Shown piece after piece: positions 54,666 through 64,000 of a stretch of DNA of 64,000 nucleotides; position 1 is the stretch's first letter, and every line of letters starts with the position of its first letter. Made by a program: the position numbers and the translations under genes. The stretch is from Octopus vulgaris (Eukaryota). The stretch is taken from assembly GCA_951406725.2 (NCBI GenBank), contig OX597821.1, forward strand, positions 38,254,001 to 38,318,000, in the 5' to 3' direction. Under the pieces are notes generated by a model. The model saw only the letters and a program-made list of their open reading frames with translations, was not told the DNA's origin and made no database searches.

Positions 54666-55017
54666 TTTATTCTTTTACTTGTTGCAGTCATGAGACTGCG
54701 GTCATGCTGGGGCATCGCCTTATTTCAACTTTACGAATCGACCCATCATTATTTTTTGAAAGCCATTTACTTATTCTATCGTTCTTTTTTGCCGAACCAC
54801 TAAGTTACGGGGGCATAAACATATCAACACTGGTTGTCAAGCAGTGGTGGGAGACAAGCACAAAGTCACGCAAACACACACACACAAAGACGAGCTTCTT
54901 TCAGTTTCAGTCTACCAAATCCACTCCCCTCACAAGGCTGGGGTCGGCCCAAGTCTAGACACTTGACCAAGGTGCTACGCAGTGGGATTGAACCTGAAAC
55001 CATGTGGTTAGGAAGCA
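54666..55017 (-). mobile_element. SINE family A, degraded
   Basis: CAGTCATGAGACTGCGGTCATGCTGGGGCATCGCC ... CAAGGTGCTACGCAGTGGGATTGAACC. Confidence 0.78.
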
Positions 55018-55917
55018 ATGCTGCAATATCAAATATAATTTCATTGTCAATAGGAAAATACTACTTAATGTTTACTTAAAAACAAGACAGCGGTCAACTG
55101 TGCCGTTTCCTCCGAACACGAAACAAAAACTGTTCTAGTCATTCCTCAAGCTCCTCATATTTGGTCGCTCTTTTACGAATAAAAAATAATTGAAGCTAAT
55201 CCAGTTTTGAAAGAAGAAAACATGCATTTTTCACCCCAAAATGAACAAAAGAATATGTACGAAATTCAAAAGAAATCCTATGAGATATTTTCCTTTTCTA
55301 CAGTTTGTCAACATCAGGATATGGACAATTTAACTTATGAAATAATTGTAATCATTTCTAGAATAAATAACTTTCACTCGGTCTCTAATATTAAAAATTT
55401 ATTTAAAACTATTTCTGGTCAGAGAACGCAAAATTTACTATTTGTACTCAAAGAATCATGTTGCTGGACAATTTGCATCCTGTAATCTATACAGCACTTG
55501 ATCGCTGAACAGTGCATTTATATAGAAAAGAGTCCACTGTCCCATTGATGTACACAGAAGAAGCACACAGAAATAGATGTATGATAAATACAAAGCTATA
55601 ACTGCCAGCAGAGAAAGTTAACTATAAATTTGTTTAACATCCACTTAAGGCAATGCCTTTCAAAATGAGCCACACCACCCAGTCAGAAACAGTGCAAAAC
55701 GAGTTAGAGAGAGAGAGGGAGAGAGTTAGAAATGATAGATGCATCTGTACAGTCTTTTTTTCAGTTTTTCTACAATTTAAATATTAATTTGATAAAATTT
55801 GATCATTAATTTAACTTGCTTAATCACAACAACGCCAAAAACAATAAAACAACATCAACAATAATAATAGATTTGAGCATATGAATATATAAGGAAACCC
55901 AAATGTATTCGAACTAT

Positions 55918-55949
<32 letters not shown>

Positions 55950-55952
<3 letters not shown>

Positions 55953-56150
55953 ACGGGAAAGTTTACGAAAATAAACAAATGACGAAGGCAGGTGGAGTAC
56001 AAACAAACAAATGTATTAATATAGCGCTCAGGAATAGAAATAGAAAAAGTCTTTTACGTTTCGAGCCTACGCTCTTCGACAGAAAGATACACAGAAAAAA
56101 AAAACAAGGAGAGAAAAAAATGCGTGTAGGAGCTAACGATCTATCATGGC
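55950..56150 (-). mobile_element. TA-inserted short repeat with a minimal hammerhead-like motif (Penelope pLTR-like), copy 1
   Basis: Homologous to 57236-57480 and bounded by (TA)n. Motif at 56050-56087. Confidence 0.7.
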
Positions 56151-56155
56151 GATCT

Positions 56156-56203
<48 letters not shown>

Positions 56204-56317
56204 AAACAATAAAAATATATTTAAAAGACAGTTAAAATTGTTGCGTATTACCATACATGTGATAAAGATGCCACTGCACCTGTAATAGTAGGCAACGCCC
56301 TAACTTGCACACACACA

Positions 56318-57235
<918 letters not shown>

Positions 57236-57239
<4 letters not shown>

Positions 57240-57480
57240 GGAGAATTCACGAAAAAAAAACAAAAGACGAAGACAGGTGGTGTAGAAAACAAACAGATGT
57301 ATTAGTATAACGCTTGGAAATTGAAAAAGTCTTTAACGTTTCGAGCCTACGCTCTTCCACAGAAAGGAACACAGAAAGAAACAAGGAGAGAAAAAAAATG
57401 CGTGTAGTGGCTACCGACCTATCATGGCGAATGCCGGGCAGAAGGGTCACACGGGAGAGCGAAGTAGGGGAGATAAGGAA
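57236..57480 (-). mobile_element. TA-inserted short repeat with a minimal hammerhead-like motif, copy 2
   Basis: Homologous to 55950-56150. Motif at 57330-57367. Confidence 0.7.
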
Positions 57481-58496
57481 CAGAAAAGTTTAGAAAGTAT
57501 AAAAATAATATCTCCGTATGTACATATAGTGTATTAAATTATGCTGAATGGTAGGAAAGTGTGACGTTGAAGAAGTATCAGTAAGCAGAGAGGGACGGTA
57601 GTTAAAATATTACTGTTGGGTAACTGCGGTCGGTAAAATAATAAAGCCTAGTAACTTCTGCGTTGGCAGTTCTGAGATAATCGTCATCATTATTTGTTTG
57701 GTTTATGTTTTATCAACTCTGGAAGGATGAATAATAAATAAAAACCGATAGAGTTTGAACTCAGCATCTAAAGACAAGTGTATCCATCAAATCTTTATGC
57801 ACTTCTTTATCGATTCTACGATTCACCACTAATTCTGGGAGGAGTATACACGATTTAATCCTCCTTGCTATTTGACTAGATTTTTATTTTATCTTTACTA
57901 GAAATATGAATGGCAAAAGTTAACCACGGCGAAATATTATACTCAGAATTTAAATGACTGGCATTGAATATCAAAATATACCTTGTTCGCCGCCATACCT
58001 GTGTTGCTTCTCACTGCCTCCATAACGATGATGGCGGTGCTTAACATTTTAAGCATTTTAAAGACGCCTGTGAATATGTAATTGCCAAATAAGATATATG
58101 ACGCCTTCATGGCATTAAAAAAATGTAGTGACAAGATAAATAGCAGATTGTTTGAATTATTCACCGCTATTTAAGACGAAGTTCTTTTGTTCACTTAACC
58201 TAAATTTCACGTCTATAAATCTGTGAAATTATTGATAATTATATTTTTGTTCGCCGTATTTATTTTTCATTAGATGTTTTGCAATAAACTAATAATATTT
58301 GTAGGCTGTTTCTTCTTTGTCTATCGATTATATTTTGAATAGATATTAATAGCTTAGAATGTGACTGTATTTCAAAAATGATAGAGTTTTTGAGCAGAAA
58401 TATTTTCTTTTTACTGTAGGTATGAATTATACAGTTACATTTTTTTTATCTTTGCTATAATTCATTCCACCGTTACTCAGAAATATACAATGAGAC

Positions 58497-58565
<69 letters not shown>

Positions 58566-60180
58566 TTATAAAAGTGCATAAAGATGAATTCATGCCACTG
58601 TTTTCACTCTCTCTTTCTTCCACTACAATCTCTTCATTACCCCCCCCCCATACACACAGTATCACCTGCTACACACACTCCATTTATCTTCTTGTTGCTT
58701 CTTCTTATAGTTCTGAAAATCTCTAATCTGCTTTGATTATACATCTATCTAATCAGAGCTGATCGCAGACTAAGTCATAACTTCTTGATTGCAACAAATG
58801 GTTATGTTTAGTTGAATTCCTTATTTTATGTTAAACGCAACTAAACTCACTTTGTCCATTCTTTAAATTTATCTTCTGTAATAAAACTGAAAGTTACTTT
58901 GCAGTTTCATGTAATCAAACAATACTTTAAGTAACCATAAATGTGAATATTTAACATGAAAATCCTAAATAGATCTTTATAGATCGATACACTAAGGATC
59001 AAAGATTTTGACACTGCAGGTAACAAGTTAGGTTCTTTGCCTGTTTAGCTTTTTGCTCAGACGTGGCATTGTTAAATACGCATAAGGTTACTCGTTGGGT
59101 TCCTTAATAATATGCTATAAGTTTGGATGCTGTTAATTTGTGTTATAGCGAATTCCAAGACATTAGCCCATTATGTCACAATTAGCGAGCGTTGATAGAC
59201 TTTCAATGATAGAACCAGTGCTTAGTTAACCTAACAAAAGTTATAGGAGTGCGCTTATGTATAATCTGTATATATTACATATTACATACACACACGCACA
59301 CATACTGACACACTCACACACACCAACTCATACTCTGTGTGTTTATTATTTTATACTTCTACTAACTTTAATTGTTGGATTGAAGTCATGCCGGGATATC
59401 ACCCTCCAGGAATTCGTCGATGACTCCAACATTCACTTCAGTTTTGTGTTGATTTTGTGTTGATTGTGTGTTTGTGTCCAGTTACTGAATGTTTTCTTTT
59501 GCAGAACAGCAGGAATTTTGATAGCCTCAGTGCCATTAGAAAGTTGGTTTCTTACATTGGCACAAGTTGCTGAAATTACATCGGATTAAAATGATACGGA
59601 AAAAAAAAACATGAATATCTAACAGGTATGAAAAGATATAAGATACGCTACAAATTCCCATATTATACATAGAAGCACACACACACACACACACACACAA
59701 ACCACGCACACATATGTAAATAAATGTATGTGGGTATGTATATGCGCGCGAATTTCTGTAAAACCTGAATTATCTAGAGAGACCTATATAGTAGATTGTA
59801 TAAAAAGGGCTAATTTAGCAATTTCTTAATAGATTAGAATGAAGGTTGAACAGTTTTAATGGATTTTCGAATCTTAGGTTCTCCTCAGAGGTACTGCATC
59901 AATTTGACCAATCCCAGATAAACAAGAGGCCAATCTATCTATTTATATATATTTTCACCAATTCCAGTAGCTGCAAAGAATTGGAGTAATTAATTTGAAT
60001 ACCGTATTAACACTTTATTCAAAATCAGGGTCCTGTTAACTAGGTATTAAGGTATGTTACATGTAGTTTAAGTAGTAGATGTAATCAACAAGGTTAATTT
60101 AGCTGCACACAAAGTACACACACGCACACACACGTATATGTACGTGTGTGTGTATATATATATATATATAAATATATATC

Positions 60181-60449
60181 ACGGTGACCTACCAGGCTAT
60201 CAAATGTTGCTACACATCGCTGGTCACAATGCGCTTTGCATTGTTTTTTAGCCTGCAAGTGACGCCACCCCGCTGGCTAAGCGAGCAGGCCAACAGAAGA
60301 AAAGTGAGAGAAAGTTGTGGACCGCCACCAACCCCTGCTTTAGGTGTTTTCGCTCAATAAATACTTACAACGCCCGGTCTGGGAATCGAAACCGCGATCC
60401 TACAACCGCAAGTTCGCTGCCCTAACCACTGGGCCATTGCGCCTCCACA
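60181..60449 (-). mobile_element. tRNA(Arg)-like SINE, family C variant with a different 3' half
   Basis: Head nearly identical to the 36155 copy; diverges after CCACAACTTTCTCTC. Confidence 0.85.
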
Positions 60450-60486
60450 CACACACGCAAATATATATACATACATATATACATAC

Positions 60487-60538
<52 letters not shown>

Positions 60539-61619
60539 AATTGGCTGAAAGTTAGAAATACATTACATGTTCTAATTCTATCGTCTGTTCTTTTAATTAA
60601 AAGCGCTGCTGTAGAAGCTACACACAGCAAATGTAATTGCGTCTCAGTCAATTTTGACTCTTAGGTTTTGAGTTAAAATTCGACAAATATCGAACTTGTC
60701 TTCCACCCACCGTATAATTAACCGACATTATAATACTGATTATATGCTGGAGTGGATTTAATGGATTTTGCTTCTCCACTAGAAAGTTCTGGCTTCCTTA
60801 TGCCAATATAAGAAACCAGCATTCTAATGGCACTATCGATACCGAAATTCCTGTTGTTCTGCAAATAACAATATGTTTCCTTAAAGTATCTTGAGGTATA
60901 ATCATAAGCTGTGATGACATGATGTACCAGATACATTAACAGTTCTACTTCTCCTATTAATCTCTAAGAATGTTCCCTTTTGAAGTGCTGCTCTGCTCAG
61001 TATTTGAATTATAGCTGTTCAATCAAAACGATCGTCAAGTAATTCATATCCGGTTATTGGAAATTTAATGAATTTAAATCTATATCGGCTTTCATCTCTG
61101 CTCTACGTCCCTACAACAAGAAATTAAAAGAATGGTGAATATGAATTTAAAGGACCATCCAAAGTGAATATATTCAAGTGGAATATGGATTACCAAATTA
61201 CTGATTTGTAATGAAGATGTAACGATGCCTCTTCTTTTAACTTGTTCCACCGATTTGCAAAACATCGAAGAATCGATGTTTTATGTAACACAAGAAAAGC
61301 TCTAATTTCTGGGACCATGTATTTTATAGAATATCAGACTTTCCATAAATGTGGAGCATTGAGACGCGCTGAATAGTAAGCGCTCCGAGTAACTAATTAA
61401 ATTAGTCATCAAAGCATTTGTAGTTCGTACCCTATTATCGGCACTGCATCGCATAGACTGCCAAACCATTTTCCTCTCAACAATTATGCTTTACTGCTAA
61501 ACCACCATATATGAGTAACAGTGCATCTTTTTTGGTGTTGGGGCTTACCGAATGCAAGTATATCCCTTCATTGAATGGATTCAAAAAAAGAAAATATTGG
61601 TAAAACTAAAAAATTGGTA

Positions 61620-61870
61620 AGAATGAAATATACTGGTGAAACTTCTAAGAGCATCAATGATAGGTTCAAAGAACATCTGGACAACTACATTGAAAAATAA
61701 ATCAAACTGTATCTTCTATCAGCACGCTGTAGACTTCCACAGGGGCTCCTTATGGAGACTTAAGTTAAACATCTTATGTACACATCGCACGAATGCAATG
61801 CTGAGACAAGTCACCGAAGCTGTCTGCATACAAGAATACAAACCCACTCTCAACCGAAAATTCGAATAGG
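61620..61870 (+). mobile_element. Penelope-like GIY-YIG endonuclease 3' fragment
   Basis: KYTGETSKSINDRFKEH, then after a frameshift FYQHAVDFH...LRQVTEAVCIQEYKPTLNRK. Confidence 0.75.
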
Positions 61871-62759
61871 GTAACACCCAGATTCCACTCGGGGGTACCC
61901 CTCTATAACTACTCCTTTCTCTCATTTGCATGTGGAAATCCATACATGTTGAGATGCATGATACTGAAATACATATATGTAGTTATATATAACGGTATGA
62001 GCGTACATAGTTTGATACATATATAGATGTATGTGTGTGTGTGTCTGTACGTGTGTGCATGTGTTGTGTGAGTATGTTAGTGTATGAGTATGTACATGCA
62101 TGCACGTATGAGAATGTGTGTATATATATGTATTTGTGTAAAATAAAAGATTAAAAAATAATTTTAAAAATGTAAATATAAATGTTAACCGCTATCCTGA
62201 AAATAGTGCCATATGTATGTATAGATGGATAAGCGTATATGTTGGTATACTTTTTAGATGATACGTATATTTGTGAGTGTGTGTAAGTGTCTATATGATT
62301 GTATGTACTTGTATGTATGTATAAGTAAGGTTATATGTGTATATGTGTATCTAAGACGTTGTATCCATTCACCGTTAAACGGTGGTGAGAGGGACAAACG
62401 CACACACCCACACATATGTGTGTCTATATATATGTATATGTGTGTGTATAACAGCCGTGTATACAACTTGAACAGACACATATCAGTACATAAACATACG
62501 TTCACATCTACACACACGCGTCTACATTCCTAAATACTCACGTACATAAGTACATACGTACACACTTACATACTTACATGCGTATAGGCATGCACACATA
62601 TGCATACGCGCGCCGCAGACACACACACACATACAATGAACTAACTGTCACTTTCTGAGATGCAGCACGGAATTTTGTCAGAGAACAGGTCACAATCTGA
62701 AAGCGACGAAAATATTTTGGAAAATTAACTTATATATATATCATAATAATACTTCGGGA

Positions 62760-63960
62760 TTTTGGAAATGGGTAAATTGACGGAGAAAGAAATGACAGGA
62801 ACATTTAAGGTGGAGTACTTGCGCAGACTGAGACTGATCCTTAAATGGACGGAATAAGATTGAAGCTATCAACACCTGCTTTCACTCCTTAGATATGGAG
62901 CAGGGGTAATCGAATGGACAGCAGACGAACGGCTTGGACAGAACGACAAGGAAGTTGCTAACTAGATATGGGACACTCCACCCAAAAAGTGACACAGACA
63001 GATTGTATGTACCAAGAAAAAGACGGGGAAGAGATTTTATTGGATGCGAACACAGCATTAGAGCAGAAGAAAACAATATAGCATAGTGTGTAAAAATGCC
63101 ACAGAACTGCTATTATTAAAAGTAAGAAGGTCAGAAATTGAAAACGAATGAAACTGAAAATAGGTGGGTATAGAAAAGAATGCATGGTCAATTTCATAGG
63201 GATGTTGAAGATAAAACAGATAGAGAAAAATATGGCTGTGGATGACTAAAAGTGATTTAAAACCAGAAACGGAGGCTGTAATCTGTGCTGCCAAAGAGCA
63301 AGCACTAAGAACAAACTACATAAAATACAGATTAGCCAACAGAGCAGAAAGTGATAAGTGCAGAATCTGTGGACAAAATGGTGAAACCGTTTGGTATATT
63401 ACCAGCCAATGTACGCTGGTCATGACAATATAGCAAGAATTGTCCATTGGAAACTTTGAAATAAGTATGGACTTGACAGAGCAAAAAAGAATTACGAACA
63501 CAAACCCACAAAATCCTATGAGATTTCATGATTTAGTGCGACCACAAGATAGAGAATAGGAAACCTGACAGTGTTAATTGAGAAAGAAAGCAAACGAGGC
63601 TGGATCATAGACATAGCATGCCCAGCTGACAACAAGGTATGTGATAAGGAAGGGAGAAAAGTCGATGGATATAACAGGTTAGCTTGGGAGGTTAGGTAGA
63701 TGTGGTCGCTGAAAAAGGTGGTAATAGTACCAATAATTGTCGGAGCCCTGGGAACAGGGAGTAAAAATCTTAAGTACATGGAACAAATAGGGGCTGCATT
63801 TGTAGAAAACAGCACTGCATGGAACCGCCCGAATACTCCCGGATGTTGCTCGAAAAATAAGGGGTGTCACCTTCGCTCACTGGTGGGGAACAGCTGATAC
63901 CGTAGTACATCTCTAGCATTAGAAGCTGTGCAAAGACAATAAAATAATCATGGTAATAAT
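62760..63960 (+). mobile_element. Degraded R4/Dong-type LINE, 3' half
   Basis: HPKSDTDRLYVPRKRRGR, LKPETEAVICAAKEQAL.TNY, CRICGQNGETV.YITSQC, RKPD, IIDIACPAD, VPIIVGALG; TAA-rich end. Confidence 0.85.
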
Positions 63961-64000
63961 AATGCCTACCTTCAAGGAGCTACCAGGCCAACATATTAAA

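Noticed and set aside
58400-58426. Polypyrimidine-TAG|GTATGA, like a recursive splice site, plus an acceptor-like TTTTGCAG near 59500
   Set aside because: It lies outside any gene I can define, and such motifs are common by chance in AT-rich DNA.
59860-59895. Minus-strand CTGAGGA-GAACCTAAGATTC-GAAA hammerhead-like core
   Set aside because: Stem II is mismatched and stems I and III do not close.

Overview
AT-rich, microsatellite-dense animal genomic DNA. The SINE, LINE and microsatellite repertoire looks like octopus or a related coleoid cephalopod (inference). The only well-supported host gene is the 3' end of a receptor-type protein tyrosine phosphatase on the + strand. It has four GT-AG exons (7015-7146, 21313-21473, 21740-21875, 42822-42890) encoding the second, D2-like PTP domain and the stop codon, with introns of about 14 kb, 0.27 kb and 21 kb. 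The rest is intron or intergenic DNA filled with mobile elements: a nearly intact CR1-group LINE (one frameshift) inside a (TA)n-GTTTCCAGATTT minisatellite, degraded CR1-, R4/NeSL-, Tx1/L1- and I-like LINEs, three tRNA-type SINE families, two mariners, non-autonomous Helitrons and Penelope-like relics. Most notable: a structurally complete type I hammerhead ribozyme on the sense strand of the PTP intron (19411-19492), two minimal dimer-type hammerheads sharing a non-canonical core (56050-56087, 57330-57367), and a 3' stem-loop shared with compensatory changes between the young LINE and a SINE family. All calls come from reading the sequence by eye; no searches were run.
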